From an uncultured virus (IMG/VR IMGVR_UViG_3300046689_000650) (taxonomy: Duplodnaviria > Heunggongvirae > Uroviricota > Caudoviricetes): a stretch of DNA of 64,000 nt. The translations under genes and the position numbers were made by a program. The stretch lies in IMG/VR virus record IMGVR_UViG_3300046689_000650. The stretch is one strand, 5' to 3'. This document shows, piece after piece, positions 1-8,406 of the stretch (positions are counted from its first letter, which is position 1; every line of letters starts with the position of its first letter). Under the pieces are notes generated by a model. The model was not told the origin of the DNA. It did no database searches and saw only the letters and a program-made list of their open reading frames with translations.

Positions 1-924
1 TGCCGGGCGCCCACTCTCAAGCCGCCGTCCGCGCCCCGCTCGAAGGCCCGCGCGTGGACCAGGAGCCGGGTTCTCGCCGTGCAGGCCCAACTGCCCGAGT
101 ACTACCGCGTGCTCGTCGACATCGGGGCCGGGGCGGGACTGCGGCAGGGGGAGGTGCTCGCCCTGTCGGAGGACGACATCGACGTGGAGGGCGGCTTCAT
201 CCACGTGCGGCGCCAGATCCGCAGCATCGAAGGGAAGCTGGTGTTCTCGCTCCCGAAGGGGAACAAGACGCGCACCGTCCCGATGCCGGACCATCTCGCG
301 CAGCGCCTACGACAGCACTTGGAGCGCTTCCCGGCTAAGCCTGTGACGCTCCCCTGGAAGGATCCTCGGCCGCCGACGAGCAAGGTGGAGGCGAAGGAGC
401 GGGCGCCGCAGACACACAGACTGTTGGTCGTTAACAGGAATGGCAATGCCGTCCGGGCGAACATGTGGAACGAGGATCACTGGAAGTGGGCGTTGGCCGA
501 GGCCGGCGTGATTCCGAAGCCGAAGCGCGTCCCCCGGAGTTCTGGTGTGGGTACCCGCCTCGTGTACGGGCCCACTCACGAGATGGGCTTCCACTCGCTG
601 CGCCACACGTATGCGAGCGTGCAGCTGGACTCGCGGGAGAATCCCGTGGCAGTCTCGAAGTGGCTTGGTCACGCTGACGCGTCGATCACGCTGCGGGTGT
701 ACGGGCACTTCATGCCCGAGGCGGACGGCCGTGGCCGGCAGGCCCTGGACGCCTGGTTCGCCAGGACGGATGATCCCGCGCCATCCTCCCCAGCCGCTCC
801 CCAGGTGTCTGTTTCAGGGGATTCGGGCGGTGGTCTGCTCCCCCGCCAGGCAGGCGATCTATGGCAGCCCGAGGTGCTGGATACGGCACTTGAGCTGCAA
901 GAATCCGTTGACGCGACCGCGTGA
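1..924 (+). CDS. int: Tyrosine integrase, C-terminal catalytic part (5' end outside window)
   Basis: Frame open from position 1; GLRQGE (R), PKG (K), HSLRH, LGH and VYGH catalytic motifs. Confidence 0.93.
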   Translation, partial: CRAPTLKPPSAPRSKARAWTRSRVLAVQAQLPEYYRVLVDIGAGAGLRQGEVLALSEDDIDVEGGFIHVRRQIRSIEGKLVFSLPKGNKTRTVPMPDHLAQRLRQHLERFPAKPVTLPWKDPRPPTSKVEAKERAPQTHRLLVVNRNGNAVRANMWNEDHWKWALAEAGVIPKPKRVPRSSGVGTRLVYGPTHEMGFHSLRHTYASVQLDSRENPVAVSKWLGHADASITLRVYGHFMPEADGRGRQALDAWFARTDDPAPSSPAAPQVSVSGDSGGGLLPRQAGDLWQPEVLDTALELQESVDATA

Positions 925-1152
925 GGCAGAGGTGCCGGCGGCCTTGCCGGGCCTGGTAGGCGGGATGGCATATCAGTTGGCGATGAACCTATATAACGGA
1001 GTGCCGGTCCTCGGTCTTTGACCTGTCGGGTCGCCACTACCCCTCTGAACTGGTGGTACTGAGTAGACCTCAGTGGTGCCGAGTTGACCCGACTAGGCTT
1101 TCCGAGGCTCCCCGGGCACTCCCCGAGGAGCCTCACTCCCCAACCGCTCCCC
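786..1152. other. Candidate attP: paired arm-type repeats flanking a less GC-rich core
   Basis: CTCCCC-N5-CTCCCC at 786-802, 1108-1124 and 1136-1152, on both sides of a core at about 950-1021, next to the int 3' end. Confidence 0.6.
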
Positions 1153-1175
1153 CAGTCCCGACGCCTTGGCCTGGC

Positions 1176-1415
1176 CTAATTGAGCGTCTCACCAGCATGT
1201 CCGGGCTGGTAGTCGAGCCCGTTACGGCCGGCTTCGACCCAGCGTTCCTGCTCCAGCTCGATGACGCAGTCCCGGCAGGCACAAACGGGTTCCTCGTGGC
1301 CCACCCGGGGGTGGAGCGTCTTGAGGCGCGCTGCGGGCACCTCGCCCCGTTCGGGGTGCCGGAAGCAGGTCCCTGGACGCCACTCGTAGAGGTCGAGGAT
1401 CTGCTGTCGGTCCAT
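1176..1415 (-). CDS. Small Cys/His-containing hypothetical protein
   Basis: MDRQQILDLYEW...CFRH...CACRDC; GGGAG RBS upstream. Confidence 0.6.
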   Translation of the reverse strand: MDRQQILDLYEWRPGTCFRHPERGEVPAARLKTLHPRVGHEEPVCACRDCVIELEQERWVEAGRNGLDYQPGHAGETLN

Positions 1416-1511
1416 GAGCCGTCTCCCGTTGGTGGTGCTGGTGGTGGCTGGTGCGCGGGTGCCCGACCTGTTCAACCGAATGCAGGTGGGAGGCGTTGTT
1501 CACCCCTTCGA

Positions 1512-1527
1512 GTGAACAAGTTTTCGA
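1512..1527. promoter_or_regulatory. Possible degenerate LexA (SOS) box
   Basis: GTGAACAAGTTTTCGA resembles the actinobacterial TCGAAC-N4-GTTCGA. Confidence 0.3.
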
Positions 1528-1692
1528 ATTTTGGACACTACCTCCAGCCCTGCGGCGGATGCCATAGCGCGCAGGGTGTGGGGTGGCCGTTCGGTTCGGC
1601 CGGTGACGCCGCGTCCTGACGTCAGTCCATGATCAAATGATGCCGCAAAACTGCTGCTGACTTATGATCATCTTCGGTAAAGCGTTGGCCGG

Positions 1693-1923
1693 GTGCCCGA
1701 CGAGCAACCCCGATGGATCATCGACGCCCGCAAGGCCGTCGGCGACCGCATCCGGGTCCGACGGCTCCACCAGAACATGACCCAGGAATCCCTCGCCCAC
1801 GCAACCAGCCTGGACCGGTCGACGATCCAGCGCATGGAAGTCGGCCAGGAGATGAAACTCAGTCACCTGCTGCTGGTGGCGCACGAGTTGCGGGTGCATG
1901 TGACTGACCTCCTCCACGGCTGA
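1693..1923 (+). CDS. XRE-family HTH regulator
   Basis: RIRVRRLHQNMTQESLAHATSLDRSTIQRMEVG is a classic XRE HTH. Confidence 0.85.
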   Translation: MPDEQPRWIIDARKAVGDRIRVRRLHQNMTQESLAHATSLDRSTIQRMEVGQEMKLSHLLLVAHELRVHVTDLLHG

Positions 1924-2197
1924 CCTGCCACGATCGCTAGTTTCGAGCGGCTGACAGAAATTCAGTCAACATCACGGCTGGCCGTTACGGAAGACCACTC
2001 TCTGCATATATCTGCACGCCTTGCACACAACTCGTCACCTGCCCGTAACCTTTGCGGGCTCGCGATCTACACCAAACCCCAACAGACGGCTCCGGCGACG
2101 CCCCGTACCTGTCCCGCCAGGAACGATTCGTGTCCCGATCCGCACGGTGGCCCTCCATGAGAGGAAACTGACCCGCGAGTCAGCAGCGGCGCGGCGT

Positions 2198-2434
2198 TCA
2201 CGCGGACTCGCCGGCCAGCCCGCGAACGGCCGCGGCCTCCTGCCGCTTCCACTCCCGGTACAGCCGCTCGGACGTCTCACAGCGGTCGCGGTCGATGTCC
2301 CGGCAGTGGTCGCAGCCCCTGGTGTGGCCGACGTAGCGGCTCCACGCCTGCTGGAGCGGGCTGAGCTTGGCCCCGGGAGGTATGGCTGCCGTGCCGGTTC
2401 CGTGGGGCGGGGGTCGGTCTCTACGCTCGTCCAT
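2198..2434 (-). CDS. Small hypothetical protein (H..CxxC..C)
   Basis: MDERRDRP...HTRGCDHC...C; GGAG RBS; divergent from the GntR gene. Confidence 0.55.
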   Translation of the reverse strand: MDERRDRPPPHGTGTAAIPPGAKLSPLQQAWSRYVGHTRGCDHCRDIDRDRCETSERLYREWKRQEAAAVRGLAGESA

Positions 2435-2599
2435 GTCGACGGCTCCAGTTCGTCGGCTGCCTCCGGGGTTGCGTGGCCCGCGACCTCGGAGGCTCGTGCA
2501 ATTGCAGGCTACCGCTCCATACCGCTCTATACCGCCGCATGGAGCACCACGGGGCTCCCTGCCCGCGCATGGGGTATCACGGCGCCCCACGATTGAGGC

Positions 2600-2863
2600 A
2601 TGGGTGATCAAGAGCCTGTCGTCGATCCGAACCTGCCGGTGTACGTCTACGTGCAGGTCGCGGACGCCATCGAGCGAGACATCCGTGCCGGCCGCCTGCC
2701 CGTCGGCGCTCGGCTCGCCGGTGAGCCGGACCTGGCCGAGCAGTACGGCATCGCCCGCGGGACCGCCCGCCGGGTCGTACAGGAGCTGCGCGACCGCGGG
2801 CTGGCCGTGACCCTGCCGTCGAAGGGCACCTACATCAGCGAGCCGCCTCCCGCCGAGGGCTGA
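2600..2863 (+). CDS. GntR-family winged-HTH protein (HTH domain only), probably leaderless
   Basis: YVQVADAIERDIRAGRLPVGARL...GIARGTARR...KGTYI; CACGAT -10 lies 6 nt before ATG. Confidence 0.88.
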   Translation: MGDQEPVVDPNLPVYVYVQVADAIERDIRAGRLPVGARLAGEPDLAEQYGIARGTARRVVQELRDRGLAVTLPSKGTYISEPPPAEG

Positions 2864-2895
2864 CCGCTGTCCGAGGCTGGCTCTGGGATTTGACC

Positions 2896-3084
2896 ATGCC
2901 TCCCACTCCCCCGACTTCGGGCCTCGTGCGGCCGTCTGCCGTGGTGAATGAGGAGATCCGCGCCCTGGTCGCGCAGGCTGGCGGCTGGCTGTACGGGGAG
3001 ACGCGGCAGCGGTACGAGGTGCTGCGCGACGAGTGGACCGTGGCGACTGCGGCCGAGCGTGGGGACATAGTTGAAGCGGCGTGA
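2896..3084 (+). CDS. Small hypothetical protein
   Basis: VRPSAVVNEEIRAL...RYEVLRDEW; host-like codon usage. Confidence 0.55.
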   Translation: MPPTPPTSGLVRPSAVVNEEIRALVAQAGGWLYGETRQRYEVLRDEWTVATAAERGDIVEAA

Positions 3085-3317
3085 CGAAGCCAGACGCTGC
3101 CCAGAAGGCAGAGCAGTTGTCGCGGGGAACCCATCCCCCGCTGTTTGCGGGCCAGGCGCTCCGCGGGGCCGGGCGTGCACGCCCGGCCCAGCCTTGCCGC
3201 CTGCCGTCGGGTAGCCGTCGGCTGATCGGGCCGGGGCCCCTCGCCAATGCGAGGCTGGCTCAACAGTACGGGAATGCCGCCTCCGTGGAGGTGCGGTGAG
3301 CGACCTATGATCCTGCG

Positions 3318-3515
3318 GTGGCTATCGACTTCCCCCCGAAACTGATCGAGCTGGAACGTTCCGCCTGGACTGCAATCCAGACCGGCACGCTGACCGTGGA
3401 CACGGCGCGCGCCGTACACGAGGGGATCGCCGCGTTCGCCAAGCAGGCCGGACTCCCGCGGCTCGACGTGGAGATGGGGCTCAAGCGGGCCGTCCGGCAC
3501 GAGACCGCGGCCTAG
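3318..3515 (+). CDS. Small hypothetical protein, leaderless
   Basis: TATGAT 6 nt before GTG; hairpin downstream. Confidence 0.6.
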   Translation: MAIDFPPKLIELERSAWTAIQTGTLTVDTARAVHEGIAAFAKQAGLPRLDVEMGLKRAVRHETAA

Positions 3516-3633
3516 ACAGCAGCGAGCCCCGCCCGGTCTCTCAGCGGGCGGGGCGGCTTCAGCTCACGCAGCCAGCATGGCTGATTGATGAACCCAATTC
3601 TACGAGCCGCCACTGACAACGGGGCGGCCGTCG

Positions 3634-3825
3634 CTACGCCTCCTCAGGCCAGGTCTCCAGCGTCTCGCCCGTCTCCTCGTCGACGAGGGTGATGCGCGCG
3701 CCGGGCATCTCGCCGCGCTCGCGCTTCCACGACGCGAACTGGCGGCGGGCCGTCGCCTCCTCGGACCACCAGCCGTGCATCGCGGGCCGGCCGTCGAGGG
3801 TCAGGAGCAGGTGGTAGCGGTCCAC
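3634..3825 (-). CDS. Small hypothetical protein
   Basis: MDRYHLLLTLDGRPAMHGWW...ETWP; CAGGCT 6 nt upstream. Confidence 0.6.
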   Translation of the reverse strand: MDRYHLLLTLDGRPAMHGWWSEEATARRQFASWKRERGEMPGARITLVDEETGETLETWPEEA

Positions 3826-3829
3826 GCGG

Positions 3830-4156
3830 TCAGCCTGCCTCGCCGTCGACGACCACGGTCAGCGCCACGCCCGCCTCGGCAGCTGCGGCCCGGAGGTCGG
3901 CGAGCGTCTCCTCGAGCGACGGGGGCGGGCCGGCGGGCGGTGGGCTGGTCTCGAGGAAGCAGGGCCCGCACCGGTCGACCCACCGGCGGCCCGCGCCCGG
4001 GACCTCGAGGACGCTGGCCAGGGTGGCGGGCCGACCGCAGCGGAGACACCGGTGCTGTGTGGCGACATGCTGGGGGCCGCTCGAGCCGAGGGGGCGGGCG
4101 AGCTCGAGGTCGTCGGGGGTGACGCCGAGGGATTGCAGCAGGTCAGTGGCGTGCAT
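3830..4156 (-). CDS. Zn-finger-like hypothetical protein
   Basis: CLRC and RWVDRCGPC pairs. Confidence 0.6.
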   Translation of the reverse strand: MHATDLLQSLGVTPDDLELARPLGSSGPQHVATQHRCLRCGRPATLASVLEVPGAGRRWVDRCGPCFLETSPPPAGPPPSLEETLADLRAAAAEAGVALTVVVDGEAG

Positions 4157-4212
4157 GACTGCATCCTCTCGCTCGAGCCTGATGTGACCCTGGGCAGGCT
4201 ACATGCCTATTA

Positions 4213-4228
4213 TCGAACATGTGAACGA
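4213..4228. promoter_or_regulatory. Possible LexA box overlapping the start of the DUF6233-like gene
   Basis: TCGAACATGTGAACGA, 2 mismatches to TCGAAC-N4-GTTCGA; TATTAT -10 at 4208-4213. Confidence 0.4.
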
Positions 4229-4559
4229 CTCAGCCGTGCCGAGACTCGAGGCCCTCCGTTTCCTCGAGCGCGTCCAGCTTGCCGACCTCGAGCGCACCCG
4301 CCGGTGGATCGCGGCCGAGGAGCAGCGGCAGGCTGAGCGGGAGCGCGGAAGGCAAGCCCGGCCGCCGGCGCCCGACTGGATGATCGAGCAAGGGCTCAAC
4401 GGGGGCATGCCCGTCTACGTGCACCGCGGCGACTGTCACATGAAGGGGAAGCGCAGCAAGGGCGTCAGCGAGGACCAGGCGCGCCGGGCGCTCGCCGAAG
4501 GGGTGGATGCGTGCACGCACTGCCGGCCCGACAGCGAGCTGGGCTACCTGGAGGGCTAG
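4221..4559 (+). CDS. DUF6233-like protein
   Basis: VHRGDC...ARRALAEGVDACTHCRPDSELG C-terminal signature. Confidence 0.7.
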   Translation: MNDSAVPRLEALRFLERVQLADLERTRRWIAAEEQRQAERERGRQARPPAPDWMIEQGLNGGMPVYVHRGDCHMKGKRSKGVSEDQARRALAEGVDACTHCRPDSELGYLEG

Positions 4560-5473
4560 GCAGACCGCGGCTTCCGGCGGGCCGTCTTCTTCGCGGTCGT
4601 CTTCTTCGCCGTGGTCTTCTTGGCGGGCTGCTTCTTCGCCGCCTTCTTCGCGGTCTTCTTCTTGGGCAGGTCGTGGACGGTGGCGTCCTCGCCGCGGGAC
4701 TCGCGTGCCTTCGCTACCGACTCCTGTAGCGCGGCCATCAGGTCGACGATCTGGCCCGGCTCCTTCGGCTCCTCGGCCACCGGCGGCTCTCGGTTCTCCC
4801 GCTTGGCGTCGATCAGCTCCTCAACCGCCCGCGTGTACTGGTCAGTGAACTCATCCCCTTCGAGGTCGTCGCGGGTGAGCCGGTCGATGAGATGCTCGGC
4901 CTCGGCGAGCTCCTGCTTGGTGAGCTTCACCTCCTCGGGCGCAAGCTCCCCCGGGTCCCGGACCTCGTCCGGCCAACGCATCGCATGCAGCACGATCACG
5001 TTGTCCCGGACCCTGAGCAGCCCCAGCCGTTCCCGACCGGACCAGGCGTACTTCGCCACCGCCACCTTCGACGACCGTTGCAGGGCTTTGACGAGCAGCA
5101 TGTACGGCTTCGCAGCGACCTGCCCGTCCGGCTGCAGGTAGTACCCGTCGCCCACTCGGATCGGGTCGATGCTCTCGGCCGGCATGAACGCCACCAGCTC
5201 GATCGCTTTCGCCGTCGGCAGCGGCATCTCGCGCAGCTCCTCGTCGAGGACGGGGATGAGGCGCTCCTTGGTCAGCTGGTATCCCTTGCCGATCTCCGCG
5301 TTCGAGACCTCGCGGTCCTCGACCTCGCAGATCTTCCGGTTCCGGACCCGGCCCATGTCCTCCAGGTGGACCTGGTGGAAGTGGATGCTGTGGTCCTCCG
5401 TGGCGCTGACCACGTGGATCGGGACCGTGACCAGGCCGAAGCTGATGGCGCCTGACCAGATGGTTCGGGGCAT
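4556..5473 (-). CDS. ku: Ku protein (NHEJ DNA end-binding) with basic C-terminal tail
   Basis: MPRTIWSGAISFGLVTVPI N-terminus, VDLMAALQES, KKTAKK tail. Confidence 0.95.
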   Translation of the reverse strand: MPRTIWSGAISFGLVTVPIHVVSATEDHSIHFHQVHLEDMGRVRNRKICEVEDREVSNAEIGKGYQLTKERLIPVLDEELREMPLPTAKAIELVAFMPAESIDPIRVGDGYYLQPDGQVAAKPYMLLVKALQRSSKVAVAKYAWSGRERLGLLRVRDNVIVLHAMRWPDEVRDPGELAPEEVKLTKQELAEAEHLIDRLTRDDLEGDEFTDQYTRAVEELIDAKRENREPPVAEEPKEPGQIVDLMAALQESVAKARESRGEDATVHDLPKKKTAKKAAKKQPAKKTTAKKTTAKKTARRKPRSA

Positions 5474-5765
5474 GACTGACCTCCGCGACGTGCCCCGAGG
5501 AGGCCAGCCTACGAAGCTCGGCGGCTGGGCGCACACCGGCGCCGGGCAGCCGCATGGCCTCCCGTGGGGAGCCGGGAGGAGCGGCGGGCCCCGCCCAGCT
5601 CGCAGCTCGCGGCGGGGCCCGGAGTGGGGCCTCACCTGGGGGGATCGGTGGGCCCGCGCGATCAACGATGCACCAGAACAAGCCACGGGGATAGATGCGT
5701 GACTGGAAATATCCGCTCGGCACGAGGGGCTGACAGACCGGGCAGCATGCGCCTACCGTGACCGG

Positions 5766-5826
5766 GCGGCCTGCCTCGTTCGCAGCGACCCCTCGGGGCG
5801 TGGGGAGTACCCCGCTGGCAGGCCGC
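5766..5826 (+). ncRNA. Predicted multi-stem RNA leader
   Basis: 10-bp closing stem GCGGCCTGCC/GGCAGGCCGC enclosing three hairpins. Confidence 0.4.
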
Positions 5827-5845
5827 ACCTGACCTTGGAGGGAAC

Positions 5846-5869
5846 ATGAGCGACACCACCTGGGGATGA
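5846..5869 (+). CDS. Putative 7-aa micro-ORF MSDTTWG
   Basis: GGAGG RBS shortly before ATG; terminator right after the stop. Confidence 0.4.
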   Translation: MSDTTWG

Positions 5870-5883
5870 GCCGGACAGCACAA

Positions 5884-5914
5884 CGCCCCCGCGGCCGACT
5901 GGGCTGCGGGGGCG
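5884..5914. terminator. Bidirectional hairpin terminator
   Basis: CGCCCCCGCGGCC / GGCTGCGGGGGCG between convergent units. Confidence 0.65.
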
Positions 5915-5923
5915 CTGTCGTGC

Positions 5924-7105
5924 TCAGGCGTGGTCGTCCTCGGCCTCCTCGACTTCCCGTACCGCACGCTTGCGTCGCATGGCGGTGATGGTGTTGTTGG
6001 CCTCGCCCTGTGCCGGTTCGACGTAGTGCTTGCGCACGGTGATGGAGCCCGGTTTCCAGCGCCCCTGTCCGGTGGGGTCTTCGCCTGCTTCGGCGATCTC
6101 TTGGGCTGGGCCGCGCCGGAGCCCGTGAGCGGTGACCTTCGATGGGTCAGGCAGGTCGGTGAGCTTGGCGCGGGCTTTGACGATGGCACCGATGGCGTCC
6201 GGCGTGAGGAAGTCGCCGCGCGGCCCGGTGGACCGGTGCCGGATGGTGCCGCCCCGGTTGATGTGCCGGAACAGCGGCCCTTCGGCGACGCCTTGCCGCC
6301 GAAGTTCTTCGAGCCAGGCGCGCACCCGGACGACGGGGCAGGTGGCCGGGTCGTCCGGGTTCGCCGGTACGAAGGTGGTCGCGCCCTTGGCTGCCTGGTC
6401 GGTCTTGGAGAAGGCGACGAGGACGTGGATGCCGGTGGGTCCGATGGTGAGTTGCTCGATGAGCAGGTGGGCGAGTTCGCTCCGGCGGGAGAGCATGCCC
6501 CAGCCGAGGGTGAGGATCGCGGCGTCGCGGGCGGCGTTGGGGTAGTCGGCGTCGGTGTCGCTGACGCAGGTGGCGACCATGGCGGCGAGCATGTCGGTGC
6601 GGATGCCGGTGGCCTTCTTGGCCGTGCGGCGTTGTGCCCAGCCGCGCGCGTGCTTGCGTAGGGCCTCGCTGGCTTCCTTCGTTCCGGGCTGTTGTCCGTC
6701 GGCGTGTCCGGAGCGGATTGCGGACATGGCGACTTGGATGGTGGACGGGGACTTGTCCTGCCGGATGAGGTGGCCGACGTACTCGACGAACGTGGCGGTG
6801 GTGCAGGGCAGGTGGACGCGGCCGTTCTCCTGGCACCACGCTTTGAAGCGGTCGCGTGCGGACTTGTAGGTGCGGGACGTGTTCTCCGGGGGCGCCTCGT
6901 CGAGGAGTTCGGCGGTTTCCTTGGAGATCCGGAAGTCGGCTTCGGTGTACGTCGGCAGGTCGGCAGTGGTCGGGATCGGCGCGTTGGGGCGGAGGATCGT
7001 GTGCCGGTCGACGAGCGGCCGTGCGGGTGTCGTCTCGGGGAGCGGGGCGGGGAGGTGGTCGTCGTCCACGATCTCGGCGTCGACCACCTCGTCGGGCTCG
7101 TTCAT
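5924..7105 (-). CDS. Cre-like tyrosine recombinase/resolvase
   Basis: N-terminal SAM-like domain (PENTSRTY..F.AWC); RDAAIL..RRSEL, SKTDQ, HGLRRG, GRW and Y residues. Confidence 0.88.
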   Translation of the reverse strand: MNEPDEVVDAEIVDDDHLPAPLPETTPARPLVDRHTILRPNAPIPTTADLPTYTEADFRISKETAELLDEAPPENTSRTYKSARDRFKAWCQENGRVHLPCTTATFVEYVGHLIRQDKSPSTIQVAMSAIRSGHADGQQPGTKEASEALRKHARGWAQRRTAKKATGIRTDMLAAMVATCVSDTDADYPNAARDAAILTLGWGMLSRRSELAHLLIEQLTIGPTGIHVLVAFSKTDQAAKGATTFVPANPDDPATCPVVRVRAWLEELRRQGVAEGPLFRHINRGGTIRHRSTGPRGDFLTPDAIGAIVKARAKLTDLPDPSKVTAHGLRRGPAQEIAEAGEDPTGQGRWKPGSITVRKHYVEPAQGEANNTITAMRRKRAVREVEEAEDDHA

Positions 7106-7464
7106 GCGGCGTTCCTCGCGTTCTGCGGCCAGGACCAGCCCATCCGTGCCCGGTGTTTGCCGTCGTGGCGGACTTCCCTGTTGCACGGGCGGGGACGGTA
7201 CGAGGAGGGAACCAGGTTGGCGGGCCCACCGATGTGGCCGCACTCTTCCTCGTCTGGCGAGGCGAAGTCCTTGAAGTGGTCCATGTGCAGCAGTGCTGAC
7301 GCCTCGTCGCTGTAGCAGAGGTGCGTGATGCAGCTCCCACAGAACTCGCACTCGGTGCACTGATCGAAGTCCCACGGATCTACCTGCACGCCGAAGTGGG
7401 CGAGGTAGCGCTCGTTGGCGCAGGGAGTGCCGTAGCGGCCCCATGTCTTCTGGTCGTCGGTCAC
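7102..7464 (-). CDS. Cys-rich hypothetical protein
   Basis: Translationally coupled to the recombinase; CTECEFC. Confidence 0.55.
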   Translation of the reverse strand: MTDDQKTWGRYGTPCANERYLAHFGVQVDPWDFDQCTECEFCGSCITHLCYSDEASALLHMDHFKDFASPDEEECGHIGGPANLVPSSYRPRPCNREVRHDGKHRARMGWSWPQNARNAA

Positions 7465-7874
7465 GCTGCCTTCCCGTCATCCTCGATCTCCGGGGCGTAC
7501 CGCTCCTGCTCGTCTTCCATGTAGGGGTAGCCGAGGTAGTAGCCGACCCAGGCGGTCTCGATGTACGTGTGTGAGCGGCACGGCATGCAGACCGCGTACA
7601 CCCGGCCCTTGTCGAGGTCCGGCTGACGGACGGCCACTCGCCCGCGCTCGTCGAGGAGTTGCGTCTCGAAGACGAAGGAGAGCGGCTGCCACTGGTGCTC
7701 GCCGCCGGGAGTCTTCGGGCACTGGGTCGCCGATTGATCAGTGTCCGCGCCACCGTCGCGAAGCGGTCGGTGCCGCCGTGCATCGCAGTCCGGGTGGCCG
7801 CACTTCTCCCATCCCCACTCGTTGCCGTCGCGGAGCCAGTAGTGCTCGCCTTGATGGGTACCGCTGCCGTACAT
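7461..7874 (-). CDS. Hypothetical protein
   Basis: GAGGGG RBS; GTGA overlap with the next gene. Confidence 0.55.
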   Translation of the reverse strand: MYGSGTHQGEHYWLRDGNEWGWEKCGHPDCDARRHRPLRDGGADTDQSATQCPKTPGGEHQWQPLSFVFETQLLDERGRVAVRQPDLDKGRVYAVCMPCRSHTYIETAWVGYYLGYPYMEDEQERYAPEIEDDGKAA

Positions 7875-7888
7875 GAAGCCCCCTCAGA

Positions 7889-7922
7889 GTAGGTCCGTAT
7901 AAGGGAAATTATACGAGGCTAC
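7889..7922. other. loxP-like recombination site (13-8-13)
   Basis: GTAGGTCCGTATA-AGGGAAAT-TATACGAGGCTAC; arms 10/13 inverted; inner CGTATA/TATACG identical to loxP. Confidence 0.7.
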
Positions 7923-8040
7923 CGCTGGTAACTACCTGCACTTCAGGGAACGTTATGCGCTAGCAAGTACCGAGGTGCTACTGACAGTTGACCTGGCCTT
8001 CGGCAGAGTCGCGGAGCTGGCAAGCAACGAAGGGGTGGAG

Positions 8041-8223
8041 ATGGTGGAGCGAAGGTACGACCAACTGCAGGCGCGGGCGCTCAGCAACTTGGACGACACC
8101 TACGCCGGGGAGGCTGGCTCCGACGACCAAACGGCAACGCTCGCCAGGGCTCAAGTGCACGCCCTGCTGGCAGTCGGAGCCGCGATCAAGGATCTGGCGG
8201 AGGCAATCCGCGAGGGCCACTAG
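8041..8223 (+). CDS. Small hypothetical protein
   Basis: LARAQVHALLAVGAAI helix; terminator hairpin follows. Confidence 0.5.
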   Translation: MVERRYDQLQARALSNLDDTYAGEAGSDDQTATLARAQVHALLAVGAAIKDLAEAIREGH

Positions 8224-8275
8224 AACGAACGGCGCCCCCGCTCCCCTGCCGGTTGGCAGAGAAGCGGGGGCGTCG

Positions 8276-8359
8276 TCAGTCTTCGTCGTCGTCCGGCCAG
8301 TCGGGTTCGAGGAACGGGCGCGGCGACAACCAGAACGGCGGCGGGGGATCGTCGGCCAT
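8276..8359 (-). CDS. 27-aa Pro/acidic peptide
   Basis: GAGGAG RBS; MADDPPPPFWLSPRPFLEPDWPDDDED. Confidence 0.45.
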   Translation of the reverse strand: MADDPPPPFWLSPRPFLEPDWPDDDED

Positions 8360-8406
8360 GGCGGGCTCCTCGGATGGTCGTCGAGTTGGCGGTGAGGCCG
8401 GGTGGT

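Noticed and set aside
930..1100. tRNA gene at the attachment site
   Set aside because: No cloverleaf, TTCGA T-loop or CCA end found
4575..4665. Short tandem repeats in ku
   Set aside because: They encode the usual Lys/Ala-rich Ku tail
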